Positions 51,125-60,649 of a stretch of DNA of 64,000 nt are shown in pieces. Under the pieces are notes generated by a model. That model searched no databases, had not been told where the DNA came from, and worked only from the letters and a program-made list of their open reading frames with translations. The stretch comes from an uncultured bacterium (lineage in GTDB: Bacteria; Armatimonadota; Abditibacteriia; Abditibacteriales; Abditibacteriaceae), in contig CAWJLW010000006.1 of the NCBI GenBank assembly GCA_963843795.1, positions 558,001 to 622,000 of the forward strand, read 5' to 3'. Made by a program: the position numbers and the translations under genes. How positions within the stretch are numbered: the stretch's first letter is position 1; the number at the start of each line of letters is the position of its first letter.

Positions 51125-52042
51125 TTATTTTACGTATCGTGCGGGATGAGCCTCGAAAACTTTCTGGCAGTGTTGGGCACAGAAACCATAGCGGCGACCC
51201 CGATATTCGCTGGTGAATTTGGCTGAGTCGGTGACCTTCATGCCGCATATCGGGTCGGTACGCGAGGACAATTTGCTACCGGTTTTTGCCGCCTTTTTGG
51301 GCGCTCTGCCCGCATTAAATTTTCTGGCGGTTTGGGTCGGATACACAGGCGCGTGAGGCCGATATTGTATTATCCGTGCCACATCCTCAGCGACTGCTGA
51401 GCTTTGGATTTTCTCGACGACATGCAGAGCGCCATCGATGCCAGAACTGACGCCCGACGTAGTGATAAATTTGCCATCTTCGACAAAACGCACGCCCTGC
51501 ATCACGGTCGTTCTGGGGAACTCTTGCTGAAATTCCTCAAGCGCGAACCAGTGCGTGGTTGCCTTACGTCCGGCCAGCAATCCGGCTTTGCCCAGCACGA
51601 AAGCGCCGGTGCAGATCGACATCGTCATTCGAGACTCGCCGGATGCTTTCTTTATCCATTGCATAAACCGACCATTCGCGCTCAGCGCTTGCACAACTGG
51701 CATCGGTGCGCCCGGCATCACGAGAATATCGGGCCGCGGACAGTTGGCGATGCTATAGCGTGGTTGAATGTTCAAGACCCCGCTCTCACTATGAATTGGT
51801 TTGCCATTGATGCCGACGGTATAGATGCTGTAGGAACTGGGCGCTGTTCGCTCGGCCTTGACGAAAACGTCCATCGGGCCGGACAAATCGAGCACTTCCA
51901 TATTGTCGTAAAGTACAAATGCTACCTTGAGCGGCGTTGCGCTTACCGCTTTGGCCTCGCTTTTCTGCGCGAAAATGAGGCTGGAAAATGCGCCTGTGGC
52001 GCAAAATGTTAGAGTTGCCAGAACAACGTGACTAAATTTCAT
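51125..52042 (-). CDS. Secreted DJ-1/PfpI-family protein with a C-terminal YHS domain
   Basis: EVLDLSGP, SICTGA..GLLAGRKATTHW, TSGVSSGIDGAL; TDPICGMKV..YGFCAQHC..F..HPARY (YHS). Confidence 0.9.
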   Translation of the reverse strand: MKFSHVVLATLTFCATGAFSSLIFAQKSEAKAVSATPLKVAFVLYDNMEVLDLSGPMDVFVKAERTAPSSYSIYTVGINGKPIHSESGVLNIQPRYSIANCPRPDILVMPGAPMPVVQALSANGRFMQWIKKASGESRMTMSICTGAFVLGKAGLLAGRKATTHWFALEEFQQEFPRTTVMQGVRFVEDGKFITTSGVSSGIDGALHVVEKIQSSAVAEDVARIIQYRPHAPVYPTQTARKFNAGRAPKKAAKTGSKLSSRTDPICGMKVTDSAKFTSEYRGRRYGFCAQHCQKVFEAHPARYVK

Positions 52043-52070
52043 TTCGTTTCCTTAATCTGCTCGGATTAGC

Positions 52071-52826
52071 TCAGCGTGGTCGAAATGCGCCCTGACGTTC
52101 TTCCGGTGTGGCGCCCGCCGCGTTAAATAGCTGCTCGAAGCGTCCCGCTTTGGCGTGGCCATCGGCATACATTGAATTGCAAGTATCGAGATGGCGCTTA
52201 GACGACAATTCTTTGGTTGTATTGTTGGCGCCGTCCCAGACCAAAGCGCTCATCATCATTGATGCTTCTTCCGGCGGATTTCCCCAGTAAAATGGATGAA
52301 AATGATCGCCCGATGGCACGCCGGTAGTGGCGTCGGTGCGCTCGGACAAGACGATGACGCGCGCAGCTTCTTGGACTTTGGCCAGGTTGGAATAGCCATT
52401 GAACTTACCCGCCGAAAACCACGCGTTCAAAACGTAAGACGTGGTGTAGGGAGGCGCGGCAGGTGGCACGACCGCCGCGTTCCAGCGCGGCGAAGCATCG
52501 GATGGGCAGCGGAAAATCTGCACGCTTTTCAAATATGGTTGCGTCGAAGTTGTCCACGAAGATTGCGGCGTCATCGCCGTGCCGGTCATCGTGGTGAGTG
52601 GATACAATTCGTCGTTGTCCTGCGCATATTGCAAAAACCCCAGACCAATTTGCTTTAAGTTCGACAGGCACGAAGTGCGACGCGCATTCTCACGAGCGCG
52701 GGCGAAAACCGGAAACAAAATCGCGGCGAGGATCGCAATTATCGCTATCACGACCAAAAGTTCGATAAGTGTAAAGGCGCGACGACGCGCACCTTGTGGC
52801 GCAGCTTGCGCCGGGGTGAATTTCAT
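52071..52826 (-). CDS. Prepilin-type N-methylation / DUF1559 protein with an H-X9-DG motif
   Basis: [67 protein letters not shown] before ATG 52826. Confidence 0.92.
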   Translation of the reverse strand: MKFTPAQAAPQGARRRAFTLIELLVVIAIIAILAAILFPVFARARENARRTSCLSNLKQIGLGFLQYAQDNDELYPLTTMTGTAMTPQSSWTTSTQPYLKSVQIFRCPSDASPRWNAAVVPPAAPPYTTSYVLNAWFSAGKFNGYSNLAKVQEAARVIVLSERTDATTGVPSGDHFHPFYWGNPPEEASMMMSALVWDGANNTTKELSSKRHLDTCNSMYADGHAKAGRFEQLFNAAGATPEERQGAFRPR

Positions 52827-52869
52827 AAAGTCTCCAAATAATTTTGTGGTGCGAATGATGGGATTCAAG

Positions 52870-53332
52870 TCAGACGCAAAAACACGGAGGCCCGCGCGAA
52901 GGCGGCTGTGGCAACGGTGCTACAGTGGGGAAAACGGGAAGCGAAGGCGCAAAAAGAATGCGCCGCGAGAAGGAGACTGCGAAGTGAAATGGGGCCGCTG
53001 CGCTGCTTGGCATGCCCAGCAAAAGACGCGCGAGACAAGTGCCGTGAAAAGTATCGTCAATGGAAGCGGAAAGCCATTGTCCGGTTGGCGAATAAAGCGC
53101 GCCTGCGGGCTTGACACACCGGCACAGGGGGCCACCGCCACATTTCGGCTTCCAAATCTGAGCGTGTTCGCTGTGGGTATCGGGGCAAGTCTGCCCCCAT
53201 CTCGCAAACGTGCCATGAGGGAGCGATCAATTGCAGCAGTGCGAAAAACACGACAAAGACACGCGCTGCAGGACGCAGCGCTATACACGCCAACGAACCA
53301 AAAATTTTGTCTTGACGCGCGTGCTGATTCAT
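52870..53332 (-). CDS. DUF2946/CruR-like leader protein ending PSRGPP, interrupted by a +1 frameshift near the C5 run at 53194-53198
   Basis: First frame: hydrophobic [21 protein letters not shown]. The +1 frame is open to TGA at 52872-52870: [48 protein letters not shown]. Confidence 0.6.
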
Positions 53333-53342
53333 GTCCCAACCT

Positions 53343-53351
53343 ATTGTAACA
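53343..53351 (-). promoter_or_regulatory. Extended -10 promoter for the leader ORF
   Basis: Minus strand TG-T-TACAAT, 10 nt before ATG 53332; flanked by the direct repeat CATGTCC at 53330 and 53350. Confidence 0.5.
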
Positions 53352-53435
53352 TGTCCGCGGAATTTATTGGACGAGATGGCAACGAGTAAGATGAGGCCTA
53401 TTGGTTTTGGCGATGCGCTTACCTTTTGTCAGAAC

Positions 53436-55692
53436 TTAGGAGATGCTTTTTGTCGGCGGCGCTGGCCCCAACACGTTGATTACGAAAGAAGCGGTGATGA
53501 TTTTTCCGGCTCGTTGGAACTGCGCCCAAACTTTGTAGGGGCCGGGCTTGAGAAAAATGGTGTGAAACATCACGTCTGGCCCACCGCGAAATGAAGGGGG
53601 CAGCGGCTTTTCAGTTTTCATGAGCGCCGCCATTTTGGACATCATCTGAGTGGCATCCATTTCCATCATTTCCATCATGTGCTTGCCCCGCATCGGGTGA
53701 ACGTGCAGATAAGTTTTGATATTCTTGTCCAGAATCACGCAATGGCCTAAAGCGCCCATATAAGGTTGCAAATCGTCGAGTGGCTGACCCTTTTTATTGC
53801 GCACCTGAAAGTGCAGCATGATCGGCTGGCCAACGCGAATCACACTGGGCATCGGCATCAACGCGACTTCGTAAGTTGGTCCACCACTGGCATCTGGCAA
53901 ACCTTCGGGCGCTGCGACCGAGCGATTGGTGATCCAAGCGTTATGTAAGACATCAGGCGTTAAAACGGGCGTGGCAGGTAGTGGGTTGTCGCCATTGACT
54001 TCGAATTCGTACACCTCGACCTCGTGGTCTCGCAGACCATCAGGGGTATAATCAGCGTAAAACCGATAGCGCCCGGCGCGCGGCAGTTGGGTGTGGATTT
54101 TGAAAATGCCCTTGCCCTGAAACATGGGATGAATGTGGGTATACCAGGAGAGATCGCTCGAAGCCACAATCATGTGCAGCTTTTTGGCGTGAACAACGGT
54201 GAAGTCGGAGACCGGTTCATCGTCTTCGCGATAATTGACTTTGATTGTCCAATTCACTCGTTGTCCAGCGCGAGGAACTGAGGGCGAAGGAGAAAACTGA
54301 AGGCGCGTAAAAACGGTGTTGGCTGTTGTATAATCCAGCAGCGAAAAATTTTGCACATTGCCCAGCGGCATGGGAGCAACGGAAGCTGAATGAGTAGTCA
54401 GAGTTTTTGCCGCCGCGCCCTGCATCGAAAAGCTCTGCCAGTTGGCGAGGCCAGCAAACACTGCCAATCCTGTCATCCCTAATAATCCGACAGCGGCCAC
54501 GCTGGTAGTGCGTGGCCAGGCAGCCTTTTGTGCGGGGAAATTCTGGGCCGCTTTGCGCTGCAAAAAGCCAAAGATTGGAATCGCAACGCCGCACAGCAAA
54601 GCCAAGCTCAGCACTGTGCCAAACCAAAACCCAATCAAACTCAGTCCCCAGTTTTCCAACGGCAAAAACGCGCGTGCCAACTGCATCCCGGAAAAGGCCA
54701 AATATCAGCCCTCCCAGCAGCGCATACAGCCGGAGGCGAGCGAGCCGCTTTTCGTTTTGGGGCGACGCGGCGGTGTCGCGGGCCGCGCAATAACTTTCGA
54801 TGGACGCCAGCCCCAGACAAAAAGCGCTGGCGAAAGCGAGCAAATTGCTTGATAACGAGAAATTTCCTGTCGCTCCCCACCCCAGCGCGACCGCATAGGC
54901 CGCAACGAAAATTGCTAAAACTGATAATCTCGCGCGCGTCATAAGGCGAGCGCCCGACAGCAGCAGTGCCAGCACAAAAGCGACGTGCCACGGCCCGTCC
55001 CAAAAGTTCAGCAGGCCCATCAAGAAGAACTGGCGACCGTTTTGAAGTGGTGTGACTATGGTTAAAGCGGGTTCAAAGGTAGCCAGAGACTGTGCGGTTT
55101 GGCCACTGGTTATCATGCGGGTTTGGTCTGCCAGAATGACTTTCAAGACTGGCAATGGAAAGATCGAGAACAGAGTGGATTGAATTTGTAATGGAGCCGC
55201 TGCCAAGTTCGGAGCGCGCGGGAAGCGCAGTTCGACCTCAAAGCGCGTTTGCTCGGGGTCTTGACGATTATCACGCCATATCTTGAAACCGGTGATCTGT
55301 CCGTGCAAACGCACTTTGTTCTGCGTGAGAATCAAGTGTTTGGCAAAATAGCGTTCCGCTCGCTGGTGAACAGCCGTTGGCAGTTGTAAATGGGTTTCCT
55401 GGCCCGTTGGAAGAGGAGCTTCCTTATTAGCGTGCAGAACATCGCGCAATTCATTACCGCTGCCCGTGATGCGGGCGTCCAGAAAAGTGTGGCTGGGAAA
55501 AATCTGCATCTGCGACAGAGAAAATCGCCACCCCGGATGGCTGGCCCAGACGGGAACACACAGCGTGCCCAGTAACAAAATCTGCAACAGCAATGCCCGG
55601 CGCGCCAACACGATACACCGCACTTGAGCGTTCAATCGGCAAGCATTCATCAATTGATTTAATGCAACATTTCTTGAAATGAGATGATTCAT
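53436..55692 (-). pseudogene. HupE/UreJ-like membrane protein fused to a His/Met-rich periplasmic metal-binding domain; apparent +1 frameshift near 54692-54695
   Basis: ORF 54217-55692: signal ..VWA|SH, FFLMGL..GPWHVAFVLALL, GGLIFGL. It continues in ORF 53436-54701: ..LIGFWFG, VHAKKLHMI..YTHIHP, YMGALGHCV..YLHVHP, MMEMMEM. Confidence 0.6.
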
Positions 55693-55870
55693 AGAAACTT
55701 TGTTTAGAACGAGTTTGCAGCCAGCATTCTTTCAATCGTAACTCAATTTCATACAAAAAATCAAATTTTTAATACACGAATGAGTGAAAATATTTAGCGA
55801 TATTACTTTGATTCACTGCATTATTTACATAAATTTCGGGCCTTTGATATCGAGATGTTGATGCAGAAAC

Positions 55871-55908
55871 GAAAAACGGGCCTGCAAGTACTTGCAGGCC
55901 CGTTTTTC
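55871..55908 (-). terminator. 38-bp perfect palindrome on the 12-mer after the anti-sigma gene
   Basis: GAAAAACGGGCCT-GCAAGTACTTGC-AGGCCCGTTTTTC. Confidence 0.8.
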
Positions 55909-55927
55909 TTTATTGCAGTGTCAAAAG

Positions 55928-57751
55928 CTATGGGGATTTGTCTGTTTTCTCGTTGCTCTCAACAGCCAATTCTAAGCGTCGGCTGGCGACTAATTTTCGT
56001 GTTGGGCCGCTCATATCCCACAATTCCACCACTAAAGGCGTGCGACCAGCGCGCAAAGTGGCGCCATTGGTATCATTGCTTAAAGCGAAATGCGGCTGAA
56101 TGGCTAAGCTGACGCGCACTGGCTGCCCTGAAGTTGCCTTGCCTTGCCACACTTCGCGTTCTAATGTGGCGTCTGTGACATCTTGTGAAGTTGCATTGGT
56201 CGCGGCGTTGGAAAACTGCCAGTCGGGAGCCAGCGTAACCAGCAAACGCGCTTTGGATAAATCGCGTGGCGGAAGTACTTCAATCGTCACTTCGCGTGCC
56301 TGTTTGCTGCTTGATGCCACTTCCACACCATTTTCGGGCGCGCTGGTGCGCGCCGTGCGAATATTTCGTTTGGAGCTAGACGCAGCTGTATCGCTGGCAG
56401 AATCTGCGTTGCTGTTGGCGGCTGCACTGTTGGCAGATGCTGCGCTCCGGCTTCCCTGACTGCTCGATAAAAAACCTCCTACTGAGGGGGGAGATGCTCC
56501 GCCCCGCCCCGCAGGCCCGCTCGGCCCTGTGGCCTCAGCTACGCGCATTTGCGCACTGAGGTTCGTCGATTTCAAAGGCGTGACGCGCAAAGAAATCGTG
56601 TCGCGCTGGACTTCGAGACGCGCGGTAATTTTGGGCGTCACGACGTTTTTGGGTACGCTTGTTTTCGGTACGGGCGTGGCGGCGTCAGGCATTACCGCGT
56701 CGGACGTTGCCGCAGATGTGGGTCGAGGGCGCGCTGTTGCTGGGAGTGCAGAGCTTGTCCGCTGTTTATCGGCTTCTGCGGTTTTGGATGCCGCGTTGGC
56801 ACTGTCTTGCTTGCGCGGCGCAGGTTTTTCCGCACTCGCGCCGGGCAAGCGAGGATTGATGCGACGCACTGGCGGCAAATCGGGTAGCGGCGGAGCCACG
56901 AAAGCCGAGGGCGCTTCATCTGGGCGCGTTTTTGGGAAATTCGGCGCTGGCGCTGCACGGGGTGGCGTTACATTTTCGGAATGGGACGCTTTGCCCGTTG
57001 AATCCGCAGATTTGGAGGCTGACGATTTGGCAACCGCTGAAGTTTTTGGCGCAGCCGCGTTCGCATTAGTCGCTGTTGTATTGGGTGTCGCATTGGGCGT
57101 GCTTCCGGGCACACTCGTTATCTGGTTGTTAGATGGCGAATTGGCGGCGTTTGAATCTTGAACGATGATCAATGCATTTTCGCTGGTGGCGGGCGCCGAC
57201 CATTCGGGGAAGCGCGCTATCAGGAAAATACCGAACGCGCCCAGCGCCAAACTTCCGCCCATCCACGCGGTGCGCGCGGGTCGATTCCACACATTACCCC
57301 AGCCGCGTCGGGTCCGCTGCCACAAATTTTCGGTGCGCGCGCTGCTCCGCACCGGCGCAATCGCAAGGGCAGAACTGTTTGTGGATACCGATTGCGTCAC
57401 ACTTTCAAGCCGAGCGCGCACGCGTTGGCGTAAGTTGGCTGGTGCGCTGTGCGCAGGCAGAGCGCGGAAAGTGCGGTAAATCGCGCGCATCTGGCCCAGT
57501 TCGCGAGCGCACTGCGCACAGTTTTCGATGTGGCTGCTGATCGCTTCCAACTCAGCTGTGCTCAATTCGGGGATGCTCAAAGTTGTTGAGGATTCTCTGG
57601 AGCCATTGCTGGCATTCGCGAAGGGCGCGGTGGGAAGGGTTGATGGCGCGGAATTGAGGGGTGAAGCGGCCTGCCGAATTTCGGCTTCCAGCACTTCTCC
57701 CAAATGTTCCCGGCACAACTCGCATGAAACGGACATATCCAATTGCGACAT
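55928..57751 (-). CDS. Zinc-binding (ZAS/zf-HC2) transmembrane anti-sigma factor with a long low-complexity periplasmic part
   Basis: N-terminal Cys, HIENCAQC (H-x3-C-x2-C), one TM helix; directly downstream of the ECF sigma. Confidence 0.8.
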   Translation of the reverse strand: MSQLDMSVSCELCREHLGEVLEAEIRQAASPLNSAPSTLPTAPFANASNGSRESSTTLSIPELSTAELEAISSHIENCAQCARELGQMRAIYRTFRALPAHSAPANLRQRVRARLESVTQSVSTNSSALAIAPVRSSARTENLWQRTRRGWGNVWNRPARTAWMGGSLALGAFGIFLIARFPEWSAPATSENALIIVQDSNAANSPSNNQITSVPGSTPNATPNTTATNANAAAPKTSAVAKSSASKSADSTGKASHSENVTPPRAAPAPNFPKTRPDEAPSAFVAPPLPDLPPVRRINPRLPGASAEKPAPRKQDSANAASKTAEADKQRTSSALPATARPRPTSAATSDAVMPDAATPVPKTSVPKNVVTPKITARLEVQRDTISLRVTPLKSTNLSAQMRVAEATGPSGPAGRGGASPPSVGGFLSSSQGSRSAASANSAAANSNADSASDTAASSSKRNIRTARTSAPENGVEVASSSKQAREVTIEVLPPRDLSKARLLVTLAPDWQFSNAATNATSQDVTDATLEREVWQGKATSGQPVRVSLAIQPHFALSNDTNGATLRAGRTPLVVELWDMSGPTRKLVASRRLELAVESNEKTDKSP

Positions 57752-57753
57752 CC

Positions 57754-58428
57754 TTAATCTTCGAAAAGTTCCCGATGAATCTCCAACGCTGCGCGCAAAG
57801 CCGCACGCGCGCGGTTGAGACGGCTTTTCAGAGTGCCCATCGGCAAATCCAAGACCTGAGCCGCATCTTCATACGAATAACCTTGAATATCGAACAACGC
57901 GATGACGGTGCGATGATGTTCCGACAAACCAGCGAGCGCGGTCAGAACTGCGCTGCGCCGTTCGCGCCGTGTCAGAGCCTGGGCGGGCGTATCGGCGGTA
58001 TCGGCAGGGTCGAAAGCGCGCGTCTGGCCTTCGTCGTCGGGCGTTTCCAGAGTCGAATAAGAAATCGGAGCACGCGAACGTTTGGCGCGCGCGTCCAAGC
58101 AAACGTTGACTGCGATGCGATGAAGCCAGGTTCCCAAAGCGGCATCGGCGCGGAAGTTTTTGATCGCACCAAAGGCGCGCACGAAAGCGTCTTGCGCCGC
58201 GTCGGCGGCTTCATCGCGGTCGCCCAACATATAACAGCACAAGTTGAAAATGCGATCCTGATGACGCTTAACAACTTCATCAAAGGCTTCTACCTCACCG
58301 GCGCGACAACGCTCGACCAGCGCTAATTCGGCCTCGCGCGCCGCTTCCTGAGCCTCGGATAACGCGGGCGAAGCTACCGAAGACGCGGATGTCGGGGGTG
58401 TCGATTCTGAAATGCTCAGAAAAATCAT
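57754..58428 (-). CDS. ECF RNA polymerase sigma factor (sigma-70 group 4)
   Basis: DAAQDAFVRAF, TWLHRIAVNVC, YSYEDAAQVLDLPMGTLKSRLNRAR. Confidence 0.95.
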   Translation of the reverse strand: MIFLSISESTPPTSASSVASPALSEAQEAAREAELALVERCRAGEVEAFDEVVKRHQDRIFNLCCYMLGDRDEAADAAQDAFVRAFGAIKNFRADAALGTWLHRIAVNVCLDARAKRSRAPISYSTLETPDDEGQTRAFDPADTADTPAQALTRRERRSAVLTALAGLSEHHRTVIALFDIQGYSYEDAAQVLDLPMGTLKSRLNRARAALRAALEIHRELFED

Positions 58429-58645
58429 TGCTATCCAATTTCAAAAACCCAATTCGTGCATCTGTGGCTGCCAGCAAGTATTTGCCCGTGAGACTTGTCG
58501 GCGTCGGTGTAGCAACTCACTTACGAAGTAACGGCAATTGATGCCACTAAAAACAGTACTGCCCCGCAAGTGTAAGCAAGTACTTGCAGGGCAGTTTAGA
58601 AGAAATGAGGACCGCGTTGGTAACTGATTAGTAATTTCTTGGCGA

Positions 58646-60430
58646 TTAGCGATAAGTGACGCCGACGCGCCATGACGAGCGATTTTCGCCCGCGCGTGCG
58701 CCCTGCACCGAATATTCAACTGCCATACCCAAACCCTCACCGCCCACATCGTAGCGAAAACCGTATTCGCGCGCGCCTTCGTTTTTGAGCGAACTACCAT
58801 CGCCCGTCAGCGATTGCGCGTCGTTGTCTTTGAAACGCAAAGCTATGCGACCAATCGGCGATTTGATGCGCGCTTCGGCTTCGCGCTGCGCGGTATCATC
58901 AAAGCGCGAAGCGAGAAAATTATTATCGCCGTTTAAACGCCACGAACCTTTCAATGTCAGCCAATCAAAAACATTGCGTTCGGCGCTTAAATTCAACGCA
59001 TCAGCGCGGCGAGCTTCGGCATTGCTAATTTTTTGCTCCGTCCATTGGCGCGACCATTTCAGTCCCCAGGTGCCGGCTTTAGTGCGATGTTGAACTTCCA
59101 CAGCCGCGCGATCTTCATCGCGCAACCATTGAGGCACGCGGTTGTTGGGATCGAAAATGTCTGCTCCGTCGCTCGTTGGATCAACAGGAGCGCCGGACGC
59201 GGCTTCCTGATCGACGCGCGTCATGGCGCCATTGGCTGCAAGCGACAAATTGTCAGAAAGTTTCCATTTCAGACCGATTTCGCTCGCGTGGCGGTTGCTC
59301 AATAAATCGGCAAGCTGCTCATTTTCACCGTTAAGCGACTGGCTTTGCAAGTTCTCGCTGCTGCTGCGGTGCGAAGTCGAAAGCGAAATATCTTTACCCA
59401 GCTTCCACTGGCCTTCGATACCGATCTGATTGGTCGCGCGCCGTCTGGTTTGTTCTTCGGCCAGCTTTTGTTCCATCGCGGTGTCGTCGCCCGCATTCAG
59501 AGCTTTTTCGCTGCTTTCCAGTGCGTTTGTGTGGGAGGTCAGCACAGAAACGTTCGGTGTCAGTTTCCATTTCCATTCGATGCCGACTTCGTTGTTGTTA
59601 TTGCGCTTGAGCTGTTCGGAAAGCGAGCGGGTTTCTCCATCGGATGTCTGCACATCTTCGTTTTCCAAACGGCTTTGATGGGCTGTTGTCAGCGCCAAGT
59701 TGGAATTGAGTTGCCAGCGAAATTTCGCGTTGCTTTCCATTGTGCCCTGATTTTTTTGGTTGGTCTCCCACTGCGTGACAGCGTTCGAAGGCGCGCCCGG
59801 CGTTTTTTGGTCGGCTTCGCTGAGGCCAATGTCCGCGCTGCCGGTGAGGTCACCGATTTTTACGTCTTGAATCAACTTCAGTACGCCTGCGCTGCCATCG
59901 TCTTGCGCCGAAGTTTTGGCATCGGTTGATAAACCGGCGTGGTTTTCGCGGTAGTTGGCAACCACGCGCGCCGTGCCAAAAGGATGCTCGACCGGGGCTT
60001 CCACGCCCAAACTCCATTTCTGCGCCGCTCGGCTTTTGCCTGCCATCGCGAAATCTTCGGTTTTGCTGCGGTCGCTGCTCCATTTCCACGAGGCCGGGAA
60101 TGCCGATTGCGGTGCCGAGCTTTCGTTTTTGAAAGACGCCTGCAAATTGCCAATTTCCAAGCGCAAGTCTTGCGGCGCGGCTTCGGTGGGCCGCGTGTCC
60201 ATCCAACGCAGCGATTCGCGTCCGGTCAGCGAACGCGATTGATTAGGCCGCTTGAAATTCCACACTCGCGCCCCATCCAGGCGCGCCTGTCGTTCGCGCT
60301 GCAAACGCATTTCCAGTTGGCGATTGGAGGTTTCAGGCGCTGATTTTTCAGCGGCTTTGGACACGCTGCAAGTACTTGCAGCGGTAGTTGCTGTGATGAA
60401 AGTGGCGAAGAAAAGCAATTTTTTAGCCAT
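58646..60430 (-). CDS. Secreted hypothetical protein with repeated amphipathic beta-hairpins (possible outer-membrane beta-barrel)
   Basis: Signal peptide from MAKKLLFF; four repeats (KFRWQLNSNLAL, GIEWKWKLTPNVSV, GIEGQWKLGKDISL, GLKWKLSDNLSL); ends WRVGVTYR. Confidence 0.6.
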   Translation of the reverse strand: MAKKLLFFATFITATTAASTCSVSKAAEKSAPETSNRQLEMRLQRERQARLDGARVWNFKRPNQSRSLTGRESLRWMDTRPTEAAPQDLRLEIGNLQASFKNESSAPQSAFPASWKWSSDRSKTEDFAMAGKSRAAQKWSLGVEAPVEHPFGTARVVANYRENHAGLSTDAKTSAQDDGSAGVLKLIQDVKIGDLTGSADIGLSEADQKTPGAPSNAVTQWETNQKNQGTMESNAKFRWQLNSNLALTTAHQSRLENEDVQTSDGETRSLSEQLKRNNNNEVGIEWKWKLTPNVSVLTSHTNALESSEKALNAGDDTAMEQKLAEEQTRRRATNQIGIEGQWKLGKDISLSTSHRSSSENLQSQSLNGENEQLADLLSNRHASEIGLKWKLSDNLSLAANGAMTRVDQEAASGAPVDPTSDGADIFDPNNRVPQWLRDEDRAAVEVQHRTKAGTWGLKWSRQWTEQKISNAEARRADALNLSAERNVFDWLTLKGSWRLNGDNNFLASRFDDTAQREAEARIKSPIGRIALRFKDNDAQSLTGDGSSLKNEGAREYGFRYDVGGEGLGMAVEYSVQGARAGENRSSWRVGVTYR

Positions 60431-60649
60431 AATGTCGAAAAGCGTGTGAAATCGGCACTCAAACTGGTGCAAAATCGCGACGTGGACGTGACAAAGAGCG
60501 CACAGTTCAAAATTCGTTCGGCAAATACTTGCAAAAACGCCTTGAAGCAAGTACTTGCTTCAAGATTTTTCGGGTCAATGCACCCTTACGACAAAGCGGC
60601 GCGCATCATGATGCGCGCCGCTTGCTTATCACAAAAACAATTCGTGAAA

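Noticed and set aside
52920..53339. 139-aa ORF containing CWAC and CSAC
   Set aside because: Alternative frame of the leader region. The other two frames give a coherent hydrophobic N-terminus and RGPP tail, so these CxxC matches are probably incidental, though a more complex frameshift cannot be excluded.
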